Shown: in pieces, positions 19,140 to 28,978 of the stretch | Position numbering within the stretch: the first letter of the stretch is position 1 | Layout: each line of letters begins with the position of its first letter | From: an uncultured bacterium | Lineage (GTDB): Bacteria > Patescibacteriota > Minisyncoccia > SW-4-49-11 | DNA: 64,000 bases | Reading direction: 5' to 3' | NCBI GenBank assembly: GCA_937864235.1 | Contig: CALMJI010000012.1 | Span: forward strand, 942 to 64,941 | Notes under the pieces: model-generated | Databases searched by the model: none | Seen by the model: only the letters and a program-made list of their open reading frames with translations | What the model was told of the DNA's origin: nothing | Position numbers and translations under genes: made by a program

Positions 19140-20447
19140 ATGAAATCTCTGATATATCAAATTTTAAAATATTCCAGTAAAAAATTATTAAAAAGATATA
19201 ATCCTACAATTATAGGTGTTGTTGGTAATGTCGGTAAAACTAGTATGAGGGCTAATATGGTTTTATTTTTGGAGCAATTCAGTCCAGTTGGTACGAATAT
19301 TGATAATTATAATACACCTATCGGTATTACTTTATCTTTTATGGATGAAAAATATCCGGGTAAGAATATTTTTGCATGGCTTAGAATTATATTCAAAGCT
19401 TTATCTAAATCTTGGTTTGGGGATAGTGAATTCGCTCCAATTTGGGTTTTAGAAATTGGAGTGGATAGTCCAGGAGATATGGATGAGTTTATTACTGATT
19501 TCTTGGAATTTGATGTGGTGGTATTTGGGTTTATTGGTGAACATCCTGTGCATCTAGCTCAATTTAAAGACAAAAAACAATTAATAAAGGAAGATGCTAA
19601 AATATTAAGAGCATTAAAATCTGATGGCACTCTCATCATAGATGGGGATGACTCCGTATTAAAACCTATTTATCGTAAAAGAGATAATGTGATTACTTTT
19701 GGGTTTGGAGATACTAATATTAAAGCTTCGGATTTCAAGGTTGCCATTGAAGTTATGAATACAGAAGATAGATGGTCTAATTATCATAGTAGTATAGTTC
19801 CTAAGGGTAAGTTTAAAGTTGAATATAAAGGAAGTAGCATCCCATTTCAAGTAGAATATGTTTTGGGTAAGCATCAAGTTAACTCAATTCTACCTTCAAT
19901 TGCTTTAGGGTTGGTGGATGGTATGAATCTGGTTGATATCTCACAGCAAGTTCAGAGAATAGTTCCGGTTAAAGGGCGATTGAGATGTTTGGAAGGAATT
20001 AAAGATACTTTACTGATAGATGATACTTATAATTCAGCTCCTGCTGCAATGGCTATGGCTCTAGATTCTTTGTCTAGATTAAAAGCAAAGGGAGTTCGTA
20101 AGGTTGCTATTTTGGGTGAAATGAAGGAATTAGGTAGTGAATCAAAAGCTATTCATCAAGATATAGGTTCTCTAGCAGCAGAAACAGTGGATGTTTGTAT
20201 TGGTGTGGGTGAGGATGCAAAAGATATTTTACTATCTTTCCATAAAAATAATCCTAAGGGTCTTTATCATTGGTTTTCTAATTCTGAGGAAGCAGCTTCA
20301 CAAATAGTTGACTTTATTACTCCAGATGATATTATATTAGTAAAGGGATCTCAGTCCTCAAGAATGGAAAAAGTATCTGCAGTATTATTGGCTAACAAAA
20401 GATACCGTACAGAATTATTGACTAGACAATCAGAGGAGTGGATTTAA
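19140..20447 (+). CDS. murF: UDP-MurNAc-tripeptide--D-Ala-D-Ala ligase
   Basis: GNVGKTS, N..IG, DDTYNS.P, GEMKELG, LVKGS. Confidence 0.88.
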   Translation: MKSLIYQILKYSSKKLLKRYNPTIIGVVGNVGKTSMRANMVLFLEQFSPVGTNIDNYNTPIGITLSFMDEKYPGKNIFAWLRIIFKALSKSWFGDSEFAPIWVLEIGVDSPGDMDEFITDFLEFDVVVFGFIGEHPVHLAQFKDKKQLIKEDAKILRALKSDGTLIIDGDDSVLKPIYRKRDNVITFGFGDTNIKASDFKVAIEVMNTEDRWSNYHSSIVPKGKFKVEYKGSSIPFQVEYVLGKHQVNSILPSIALGLVDGMNLVDISQQVQRIVPVKGRLRCLEGIKDTLLIDDTYNSAPAAMAMALDSLSRLKAKGVRKVAILGEMKELGSESKAIHQDIGSLAAETVDVCIGVGEDAKDILLSFHKNNPKGLYHWFSNSEEAASQIVDFITPDDIILVKGSQSSRMEKVSAVLLANKRYRTELLTRQSEEWI

Positions 20448-20464
20448 ATGTAGGTTAAAAATAT

Positions 20465-20683
20465 ATGAAAAAAACAGATAAATCTTTCAAACAAGCTTTT
20501 TCTGAATTAGAACAGCTGACTCAAGAATTAGAAAATAATGATGCTCTTGAGTTAGAAAAAGGAGTTAAGTTATTTGAGCAGGGTATGGAGCTGGCTCAAA
20601 TATGCAAATCCAAACTAAGTATAATGGAGAATAAAATTATTAACATAAAGAATAAATATGCCAATAACAATGAAAAAGATTAA
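20465..20683 (+). CDS. xseB: Exodeoxyribonuclease VII small subunit
   Basis: SF.QA..ELE....LE....LE....LFEQG..L...C...L. Confidence 0.88.
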   Translation: MKKTDKSFKQAFSELEQLTQELENNDALELEKGVKLFEQGMELAQICKSKLSIMENKIINIKNKYANNNEKD

Positions 20684-22490
20684 AAATCACCTATCTATAT
20701 TAGCTGTAGCTATATTTATATCTCCAGTACTTTCTTATGCACAGACTTTAGATAATAACATTGTCTCCACCAAATGCGACATAGCTAATTATGAAGAGCA
20801 ATTAGCAGATAATTTGTATTTGGTTAATAAAAATGATAGTAAGCACACCTGTATCGTTAGCTCTACTCCAGACCAAAGAATATATTTAGCTGCAAATGAT
20901 ACTAATTATGCTACTCAATGGTCATTAAGAAATACAGGACAATCTATTTTAGGTCAATCCGGTATCTCTGGAATTGATATTGATTTTGCTAATGCTTATC
21001 CCAAAATAGCTAATGTACCTAAAGGTAATACTAAAATAGCAGTCATTGATACGGGGGTTACTATTATTCCAGAGCTTTCAGGACAAGTTATATCTGGCTA
21101 TAATGCTATAAATAATTCTAATAATGCAAGTGATGATAATGGTCATGGGACATTTGTATCTAGCATTATTGCCTCTAGAGTTAATAATAATTCAGGGATT
21201 GCTGGGGTTAATGATAGAGTAAATATTATTCCAATTAAAGTTTTAGATTCTGCAGGTACTGGATTTTTATCTGATCTCATTAAAGGTATTCAATATGCTA
21301 TAGATCAAAATGCTAATATAATTAATTTGAGTCTTGCCTCTACTTCCTTTAGTTCTGTACTTAATAATATTATTGAAGAAGCTTATCAAAAAGGTATTAT
21401 TGTAGTAGCTGCAGCAGGTAATTCAGGGGTTAATATTACCTCTCCCAGTGTTTCTCCACTCAACAATGATGGGAATAAAAATTGGGTTGTTGGTGTTGAA
21501 GCTTTAGATAATAAAGGTAATAGACCAAGCTATTCTAATTATGGAGTAGGAATAGATGTTGTAGCTCCTGGGGATAAAATTATAGGATATAATAACAATA
21601 ATGCTTTGGAATATAGATCAGGTACATCAATGGCATCAGCTGTAGTCGCGGGGGTCCTATCGGCTTGGAGAGATTATTATGGAAGTCTTAATACTGATGA
21701 AGCTCATAACCTTATTAATAGTAATAGTAAGTCCGGTAAACTTATTTCTATGGATAATGCAATGATTAGAAGAAGTTATCCAAACGGTTCTCTTATAAGA
21801 ACATCTAACTCTGGAGTATATGTAGTTAAACAGGGTGTGAAAAGACCAATTATTGATCCAATCATTTTTCTTTCATATTATTATAAATGGCAAGATATTA
21901 TAGTTATTAGTGATGCGAGTTTTAACTCTATTCCTACGGGTGAAGCTATGCCTTTAAGAGAAGGTTCTTTGATAGCCGATAGAGATAAAGTTTATGTAAT
22001 AGAACAAGGTATGAAAAGACCAATTGCTTCTCCTGAAGTATTTTTGGGATTGGGATATAAATGGGGTAATATATCTACTCCTTCTAATGCGGTACTGAGT
22101 CTACATCCTACAGGCTCTATCCTTTCAGATACAAATCAAATTCCAAATGGTAGTGTGGTTTTTGCTGAAGGTACAGGAGCATATCTTATTGCAAATGGTA
22201 AAAAAAGACCTTTTTCCACCCCATATACTTATTTGACTAGATATAGTTGGAATGATTTGATGAAAATACGACGTGACTTGTTAGATTCTTTTCCTACTAC
22301 TACTGAAGTTTATCCACAAGAGGGTTCAATTATTAGAGATGAAGGAGCAGTATATTGGGTAGAAAATAATACAAAAAGACCATTTGCCTCACCTAGTGCT
22401 TTTCTCGGGCTTGGACTTTCTTGGGGTATAGTCATATATCCTCCTTTACCAGTATTGAATAGTCTGTCTAGAGGTGATATTATAAGATAA
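20670..22490 (+). CDS. Secreted S8 (subtilisin) peptidase with four C-terminal ~60-aa repeats
   Basis: Signal peptide; triad motifs VIDTG, GHGT, SGTSMA; AAAGN; repeats G.LI...VY....G.KRP...F...Y.W. Confidence 0.9.
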   Translation: MKKIKNHLSILAVAIFISPVLSYAQTLDNNIVSTKCDIANYEEQLADNLYLVNKNDSKHTCIVSSTPDQRIYLAANDTNYATQWSLRNTGQSILGQSGISGIDIDFANAYPKIANVPKGNTKIAVIDTGVTIIPELSGQVISGYNAINNSNNASDDNGHGTFVSSIIASRVNNNSGIAGVNDRVNIIPIKVLDSAGTGFLSDLIKGIQYAIDQNANIINLSLASTSFSSVLNNIIEEAYQKGIIVVAAAGNSGVNITSPSVSPLNNDGNKNWVVGVEALDNKGNRPSYSNYGVGIDVVAPGDKIIGYNNNNALEYRSGTSMASAVVAGVLSAWRDYYGSLNTDEAHNLINSNSKSGKLISMDNAMIRRSYPNGSLIRTSNSGVYVVKQGVKRPIIDPIIFLSYYYKWQDIIVISDASFNSIPTGEAMPLREGSLIADRDKVYVIEQGMKRPIASPEVFLGLGYKWGNISTPSNAVLSLHPTGSILSDTNQIPNGSVVFAEGTGAYLIANGKKRPFSTPYTYLTRYSWNDLMKIRRDLLDSFPTTTEVYPQEGSIIRDEGAVYWVENNTKRPFASPSAFLGLGLSWGIVIYPPLPVLNSLSRGDIIR

Positions 22491-22515
22491 ATATTATTAG
22501 TAAAATATATATATT

Positions 22516-23544
22516 ATGAAAAAAAGAATAGCTATTAATGGATTTGGTAGAATTGGCAGAACAGTATTAAAAATCTCCCTTCTGCCACCATATAATGAAC
22601 AGTTAGAAATTGTAGCAGTTAATGATCTAGGTGATGTGCAAAATCTAGCCTATTTAGTAAAATATGACTCTGTATATGGTACAATTCCACAGGATGTATC
22701 AGTGATAGAAAGAGAAGGTAAGCCATATATCAAAATTGATAAGCAGGAGATATTAGTTTGTTCTGAGAGAGAGCCTTCTAATTTGCCTTGGGGATCTTTA
22801 GGAATTGATGTTGTGATTGAGTCAACTGGATTCTTTACCAGTACAGAAAAATCTCAAGCTCATATTACAGCTGGTGCAAAAAGAGTGGTTATCTCAGCTC
22901 CTACTAAAGATGAAACTCCAATGATAACTCCTGCTTTGAATGAAGAACTACTAAAAGATGTGGTTATTAGTTCCAATGCTTCTTGTACTACTAATGCTAC
23001 AAATCCAGTAGCTGCTGTGATTCATGAAGCACTAGGTATTGAAAAAGCTTTATTATCAACGGTACATGCCTATACTGCTACTCAGTCATTGGTAGATGGT
23101 ATGGCTGATCCTAGTGATTTGAGAAGAGGTAGAGCAGGAGCTCAAAACATTATACCATCCACTACTGGAGCTGCTAAAGCTGTTAGTAAAGTTATTCCAG
23201 ACTTAACTAATAAATTTGATGGGGTAGCTGTCAGAGTCCCTGTAGTGGCTGGCTCTTTGATAGATTTGACTATGTTAGTATCTAGAGATACAACAGTTGA
23301 TGAAATTAATCAAATTTTAACTAATGCTGCTGAATCAGAAAAATGGAAGGGAATTCTAGGTGTAACCAAAGACCCAATTGTATCTACAGACATATTAAAA
23401 TCTTCTTATGGTAGCTTAGTAGCTCTTGATATGACTCAAGTAGTAGATGGAGATCTGATTAAAGTGATGGCTTGGTATGATAATGAATGGAGTTATACTT
23501 CTATGTTAATGAAGCATGTTAGTACTGTACTGAATTTATTATAA
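22516..23544 (+). CDS. gap: Glyceraldehyde-3-phosphate dehydrogenase
   Basis: INGFGRIGR, SNASCTTN, STTGAAKA, WYDNE. Confidence 0.97.
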   Translation: MKKRIAINGFGRIGRTVLKISLLPPYNEQLEIVAVNDLGDVQNLAYLVKYDSVYGTIPQDVSVIEREGKPYIKIDKQEILVCSEREPSNLPWGSLGIDVVIESTGFFTSTEKSQAHITAGAKRVVISAPTKDETPMITPALNEELLKDVVISSNASCTTNATNPVAAVIHEALGIEKALLSTVHAYTATQSLVDGMADPSDLRRGRAGAQNIIPSTTGAAKAVSKVIPDLTNKFDGVAVRVPVVAGSLIDLTMLVSRDTTVDEINQILTNAAESEKWKGILGVTKDPIVSTDILKSSYGSLVALDMTQVVDGDLIKVMAWYDNEWSYTSMLMKHVSTVLNLL

Positions 23545-23596
23545 GAAATTTATATAAATTATGGTATAATATATATAAGATTAGATATTTTTTGAT

Positions 23597-23974
23597 ATGT
23601 CTACTGTATTTACAAAAATAAGAGAAGGCGAAATCCCAGGATTTATATTTGATGATAATGGTGAATTCTTTGTGATTCATACAAATAATCCTATTCAGTT
23701 AGGTCATTTGTTAGTTATTCCATATTTGGAGATAGATTATATTTTTGATTTAGATAATGTTACATATAATAAGCTTTGGGAGTATGTGAAAAATATTTCT
23801 ATTCGTTTACAAAAAATTACTAATGCTAAAAAAATTGCAATCAAAGTGGAAGGTTTAGAAGTAAATCATGTGCATATACACCTCATTCCAATTAATAATC
23901 CTGGAGATTTATTAGTGCATACTAATGTTACAGATCAGGAAATCTTAGATTTAAAGAATAAGTTCAAAAATTAA
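23597..23974 (+). CDS. HIT family protein
   Basis: FTKI..GEIP, GHLLVIP, HVHIHLIP. Confidence 0.93.
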   Translation: MSTVFTKIREGEIPGFIFDDNGEFFVIHTNNPIQLGHLLVIPYLEIDYIFDLDNVTYNKLWEYVKNISIRLQKITNAKKIAIKVEGLEVNHVHIHLIPINNPGDLLVHTNVTDQEILDLKNKFKN

Positions 23975-23977
23975 GCT

Positions 23978-26128
23978 ATGCCAAAAACTCAGACTAGTTC
24001 TAAACCTAAAATAAAAACTGAAGCTAAAAGAACTATATTTGGTGTTGTATTCGTAGCCTTTGCTATATTAAGTTTTTTAGCCTTTTTTTCTTCAGCTGGA
24101 ATTTTTGGTAACAGTATTAATAAAGGATTTGGGTTTTTATTCGGGATAGGGAAATTCATACTACCATTCGTATTATTGTATATAGGTATTAAATTATTGG
24201 TCAAACCAAAGACTGTCACAAGTTTATATTATGTTAAGCTAGTATCTCTGTTTCTAGCATTTCTTTTGTTTTTAGGTTTATTACAGTTTTTACAATTTGA
24301 TAATTCAGAAGAAGCTTTGAATAATGCTAAAAACGGTATGGGTGGAGGATATATAGGATACTATACAAGTTCGTGGATCAGATATATATTTGGTGAAATT
24401 GGTGGTATAATAGCAATGATAACTGGTATAAGTATAGCAGCTATTATTGTTCTTAATAGAGCAATACATATTGATGGTGTACTTGAGTGGTTTAGTGCTA
24501 TATTTGCCAATAATGAATCGATAGATAATCCTAATGAGAATGAAAAAGAAACTTCTAATGTACAGCCTAGCATAATATTTAATCAAAAATCTGAAGCGGA
24601 AGAATTAACAGAGAAATCTAATCCAGAAAGTACAAAATCTATCATTAATAAAACTCCTGAGTGGATGAAAGAAAATCAGTTTAGTTTACCGACAGTAGAT
24701 TTATTAGAAAAAGGAAAGTCAGATGATGGTCCCAAAAGTGGAGATACCAAAAAAAGTTCTGAAATTATTAAAAATACATTATCTACTTTTGGAATTGAAG
24801 TTGAAATGGGTAAAATAGATGTTGGTCCCTCTGTAACTAGATTTATGCTTAGGCCTTCTAATGGTATAAAATTATCTCGTATTACTTCTTTACAAAATGA
24901 TTTGGCTTTGGCTATGGCAGCACAGTCTATTCGTATTGAAGCTCCAATTCCGGGTATGTCTTATGTGGGTGTGGAAACTCCCAACGCAAAACGAGCTACT
25001 GTCAGAATGAGAGAAATTATGGAATCAAGAGAATTTAATGATAATGATTTTCATCTACCACTTGCATTGGGGCGTGATGTGATGAATAAAGTAGTTGTAT
25101 TCCCTCTAGAAAAAATGCCACATTTATTAATTGCTGGAGCTACTGGGGCTGGTAAATCTATGGGGCTAAATGCAATGATACTTAGTATGTTATATAAAAA
25201 TCCACCTTCTAAGTTGAAGTTTATATTTATTGACCCTAAAAGAGTAGAGCTATCAACCTATAATGGTATTCCTCATCTTCTCACTCCAGCTATTGTAAGC
25301 CCAGAAAAAGCAATGAATGCTTTAAATTGGTGTGTTGGAGAAATGGAAAAACGATATGAAATTTTAGCAAGAGTAGGAGCTAGAAATATATTTACATATA
25401 ATGAAAAAATTGTAGCTGGTACTCTAAAGTCAGAAGATGGTCAAGAATATGAGTTAATGCCCTTTATAGTTGTTGTAATTGATGAGTTAGCTGACCTTAT
25501 GAGTAGTCATAAAAAAGAAGTTGAAGGTTCAATTGTGAGAATAGCACAGATGGCAAGAGCAGTTGGTATACATTTGATTTTAGCAACACAGAGGCCATCT
25601 ACTGATGTTATTACAGGGCTTATTAAAGCTAATCTTCCATCTAGAGTTAGCTTTCAAGTAGCATCTCAAATTGACTCTAGAACTGTACTCGATATGATGG
25701 GAGCTGAAAAATTATTAGGAATGGGAGATATGTTATTTTTGGGTGGAGATTTAGGTAAACCACAAAGAATACAAGGACCTTTTGTACCTGAGAATGAAGT
25801 GAAATCAGTGGTCAAATGGCTCAAAAGTCAAGGAGAAAATGAATATGATAACTCTATTACTGAGTCTGAATCTCCAAAACAAATTTATTATGACGGAGGA
25901 GTAGAATATGGTGGTGAGGGTACAGATACATTATTTGAAGAAGCTAAAGATTTAGTGTTACAAACCGGTAAAGGCTCTGCCTCTCTTTTGCAAAGACGAT
26001 TAAAAATAGGATATGCTAGGGCGGCTAGACTATTGGATGAATTGGAGGAGTTTGGTATTGTTGGGCCTGCAGAGGGTTCTAAGCCTAGAGATGTATTGAT
26101 TGATAAGCACACTGTAGATAATGAGTAA
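23978..26128 (+). CDS. ftsK: DNA translocase FtsK
   Basis: N-terminal TMs, PHLLIAGATGAGKS, IDELADLM, ATQRPS, gamma domain LLQRRLKIGYARAARL. Confidence 0.97.
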   Translation: MPKTQTSSKPKIKTEAKRTIFGVVFVAFAILSFLAFFSSAGIFGNSINKGFGFLFGIGKFILPFVLLYIGIKLLVKPKTVTSLYYVKLVSLFLAFLLFLGLLQFLQFDNSEEALNNAKNGMGGGYIGYYTSSWIRYIFGEIGGIIAMITGISIAAIIVLNRAIHIDGVLEWFSAIFANNESIDNPNENEKETSNVQPSIIFNQKSEAEELTEKSNPESTKSIINKTPEWMKENQFSLPTVDLLEKGKSDDGPKSGDTKKSSEIIKNTLSTFGIEVEMGKIDVGPSVTRFMLRPSNGIKLSRITSLQNDLALAMAAQSIRIEAPIPGMSYVGVETPNAKRATVRMREIMESREFNDNDFHLPLALGRDVMNKVVVFPLEKMPHLLIAGATGAGKSMGLNAMILSMLYKNPPSKLKFIFIDPKRVELSTYNGIPHLLTPAIVSPEKAMNALNWCVGEMEKRYEILARVGARNIFTYNEKIVAGTLKSEDGQEYELMPFIVVVIDELADLMSSHKKEVEGSIVRIAQMARAVGIHLILATQRPSTDVITGLIKANLPSRVSFQVASQIDSRTVLDMMGAEKLLGMGDMLFLGGDLGKPQRIQGPFVPENEVKSVVKWLKSQGENEYDNSITESESPKQIYYDGGVEYGGEGTDTLFEEAKDLVLQTGKGSASLLQRRLKIGYARAARLLDELEEFGIVGPAEGSKPRDVLIDKHTVDNE

Positions 26129-26750
26129 ACAGAAAATAACTTTAGGATATATATTAAAAAAATATAGGTCTAAATATAATTTAGATATAGATAGATTATC
26201 TCATAAGATATCTACAGAAGTAGACTATATTATAGCTTTGGAGAAAGGAAATTATAGATTTTTTACATCTTTTAATCAAGCCTTACCTATTATTAGAAAA
26301 TTAAGTTATGTTTTGGGTTTGAAGTATCAAAGTTTAGTTGATTTATATAATAAAGAATATGAATTTTATATAAATAATAAGTATAAAGATAACCCTAAAT
26401 CAAAATTGGTTATCAATTATAGTATATTCAAGTTTAGTGCGGGCATAATAATATCGGGTATTATTATAGGGTACCTTGTTTTACAGGTATATCAGATGAG
26501 ATATAGTCCAGTAATTAATTTAGAAAATAACCAGCTCTATCAAATTTATAATCAGAATGAATATACTTTAGCTGGGAATATATCAAGAGCCACTAATTTG
26601 ACATTAAATGGACAAAAGGTTACAATTAAAGAAGATGGTGGTTTTGAGGTATTGTTAAATTTAAGGCAGGGTGAGAATAGACTTGATTTAGTCGTACAGA
26701 AGGATGATAAGATACTAAAAACCATACAAAAAACAATTTATAGACAATAA
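26121..26750 (+). CDS. RodZ-like HTH membrane protein with C-terminal Ig-like domain
   Basis: LG..L...R, YI.ALE.G HTH, single TM, beta-rich tail; follows ftsK. Confidence 0.75.
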   Translation: MSKQKITLGYILKKYRSKYNLDIDRLSHKISTEVDYIIALEKGNYRFFTSFNQALPIIRKLSYVLGLKYQSLVDLYNKEYEFYINNKYKDNPKSKLVINYSIFKFSAGIIISGIIIGYLVLQVYQMRYSPVINLENNQLYQIYNQNEYTLAGNISRATNLTLNGQKVTIKEDGGFEVLLNLRQGENRLDLVVQKDDKILKTIQKTIYRQ

Positions 26751-26751
26751 T

Positions 26752-27996
26752 ATGCAAATTAAAAATATTCAAGGTTACGAAATATTAGACTCTAGAGGAA
26801 ATCCAACAACGGCCTGTGTGGTTGAGTTAATTGATGGAACTAAGGCAAGAGCTTATGTCCCATCTGGAGCATCGACTGGCTCTCATGAAGCAGTGGAATT
26901 AAGGGATGGAGATAAACACAGGTATAATGGGCTGGGAGTTTTGAATGCAGTCTCTAATATTAATACTGAGATTAAAGATAATTTGATTGGCATGGATGCT
27001 TATTATCAAAAAGAAATAGACCATAGATTAATCAATTTGGATGGCACCAATAATAAAGCAAGACTAGGAGCAAATGCTATATTAGCAGTATCATTAGCAG
27101 TAGCTAGAGCTAGTGCTATGTCTCAGAATAAAGAACTATATCAATATATTCAAGAAATATTACAATTAGATGCAACTTTAGACAAATCATTCCCTCAAAT
27201 AGGCTTTAATGTTCTCAATGGTGGCAAACATGCAGATTCAGGCTTAGATGTCCAAGAATATATGATTATGCCTCTTAAGAACAACATTGAAGAAAATGTT
27301 CGTATTGGATCTGAAATATATCATACTTTAAAGAAGATTTTATCTAAAAATGGACAAGTTGTCTCAGTGGGAGATGAAGGAGGTTTTGCTCCAAGATTAG
27401 ACAGTAATGAAGAGGGTCTTAGTTTATTAGTACAAGCTATAAGTGAAGCTGGCTATGTTCCAGGAATAGATTGTGCCTTGGCGCTAGATGTCGCAGCTAC
27501 TGAATTTTTTGATAGTAATTCACAAAATTATACTTTTGACAAGAAGATTTACTCTGGAGCAGAATTAACATCTGTATATCAGAATTGGTTACAAAAATAT
27601 CCTATTGTTTCCATCGAGGATCCTTTCGCTGAGGATGATTATGATAACTGGAAGAATTTTCAGCAGTTAATGGATAATAAAATACGTATAGTCGGAGATG
27701 ATTTATTAGTAACTAATACTGAGCGCATAAAAGAAGCTATAGATCAAAAACTATGTAATTCTGTTCTAATAAAGCCAAATCAAATAGGAACTTTGACTGA
27801 GACATTAGAGGCAATTAATTTAGCTCATAATAATAATTTTAGCACAATGATATCCCATCGTAGCGGAGACACTATTGATACTTTTATAGCTGATTTAGCA
27901 GTAGGAGTCTCAGCTGGATATATTAAGTCTGGAGCTCCAGCTAGAGCCGAGCGAGTCAGTAAGTACAATAGATTATTAGAAATATATTATTCTTAA
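26752..27996 (+). CDS. eno: Enolase
   Basis: EILDSRGNPT, PSGASTG, GDEGGFAP, SHRSG, KYNRLL. Confidence 0.98.
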   Translation: MQIKNIQGYEILDSRGNPTTACVVELIDGTKARAYVPSGASTGSHEAVELRDGDKHRYNGLGVLNAVSNINTEIKDNLIGMDAYYQKEIDHRLINLDGTNNKARLGANAILAVSLAVARASAMSQNKELYQYIQEILQLDATLDKSFPQIGFNVLNGGKHADSGLDVQEYMIMPLKNNIEENVRIGSEIYHTLKKILSKNGQVVSVGDEGGFAPRLDSNEEGLSLLVQAISEAGYVPGIDCALALDVAATEFFDSNSQNYTFDKKIYSGAELTSVYQNWLQKYPIVSIEDPFAEDDYDNWKNFQQLMDNKIRIVGDDLLVTNTERIKEAIDQKLCNSVLIKPNQIGTLTETLEAINLAHNNNFSTMISHRSGDTIDTFIADLAVGVSAGYIKSGAPARAERVSKYNRLLEIYYS

Positions 27997-28006
27997 AGAT
28001 AAAATT

Positions 28007-28969
28007 ATGGAAACAAAATATAAAATATTAATAGTAGAAGACGATCCATTGATAAGAGAAATTTATTCTGGTAGATTAAGTTTAGATCAGGATATTGAGG
28101 TATATACAGCAGTAGATGGACTAGATGGTTTGAATAAGATTAGAGAAAATACATATGATTTGATATTCTCTGGTATCCAGATGCCTAATAAAACAGGGTT
28201 TGAATTGTATCAAGAATTACAAAATGACACTAAGCTATCTAATGTCCCATTTGTAATATTTAGTCACTTAGGAAGAGTCGAGGATATACAAAAGGCCAGA
28301 GAATTAGGAATTAAAAATTTTATTATTAGGGGAACAACTACTCCAGATGAAATAGCGACACAGATTAAAGATATTCTTAATAGATATAATAGTCTAGGGA
28401 ATTTTCATTCTAAGCAACATAAAATACTCATAGTAGAAGATGATCCAGAAATACGGTATATTTATAGGGATAGATTTGGTATGGAAAGTAAAATTATAGT
28501 TGAGGAGGCAGTAGATGGATTAGATGGTATTAATAAAATCAAAGAAAATGATTATGATTTAATCTTCTCTGGTATCCAAATGCCAAATAAAACTGGATTT
28601 GAATTGTATCAAGAGGTTGAGCAATTACAAGACAAGAAGCATATACCTATAGTTCTCTTTAGCCATCTTGGTAGATTGGAGGATATTGAAAAATCAAGAG
28701 AATTAGGTGTTAAATATTTTTTAATTAGGGGGCAGAACACTCCAAATGATATTTTAGGTCAAATATTAGCTATTTTGAATGCTCAAGACAAAGCATATAG
28801 ATTAAATATTCAAAAAAATTCTCCAGACTATTCAAAATTTATAGAAGCTTTTATGGGTAAAGATTGTATAGAGTATAAAGATATAGATAATATGCCAATT
28901 AGAATTATGTTAAGTAAAGATTTACACCCCTATACCTTTTTTATAGAATTAGATTGTGAGGATAAATAA
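28007..28969 (+). CDS. Tandem receiver-domain protein with atypical phosphoacceptor sites
   Basis: Two copies of KILIVEDDP...DG.DG...YDLIFSGIQMP. Confidence 0.85.
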   Translation: METKYKILIVEDDPLIREIYSGRLSLDQDIEVYTAVDGLDGLNKIRENTYDLIFSGIQMPNKTGFELYQELQNDTKLSNVPFVIFSHLGRVEDIQKARELGIKNFIIRGTTTPDEIATQIKDILNRYNSLGNFHSKQHKILIVEDDPEIRYIYRDRFGMESKIIVEEAVDGLDGINKIKENDYDLIFSGIQMPNKTGFELYQEVEQLQDKKHIPIVLFSHLGRLEDIEKSRELGVKYFLIRGQNTPNDILGQILAILNAQDKAYRLNIQKNSPDYSKFIEAFMGKDCIEYKDIDNMPIRIMLSKDLHPYTFFIELDCEDK

Positions 28970-28978
28970 TTACTTTTT

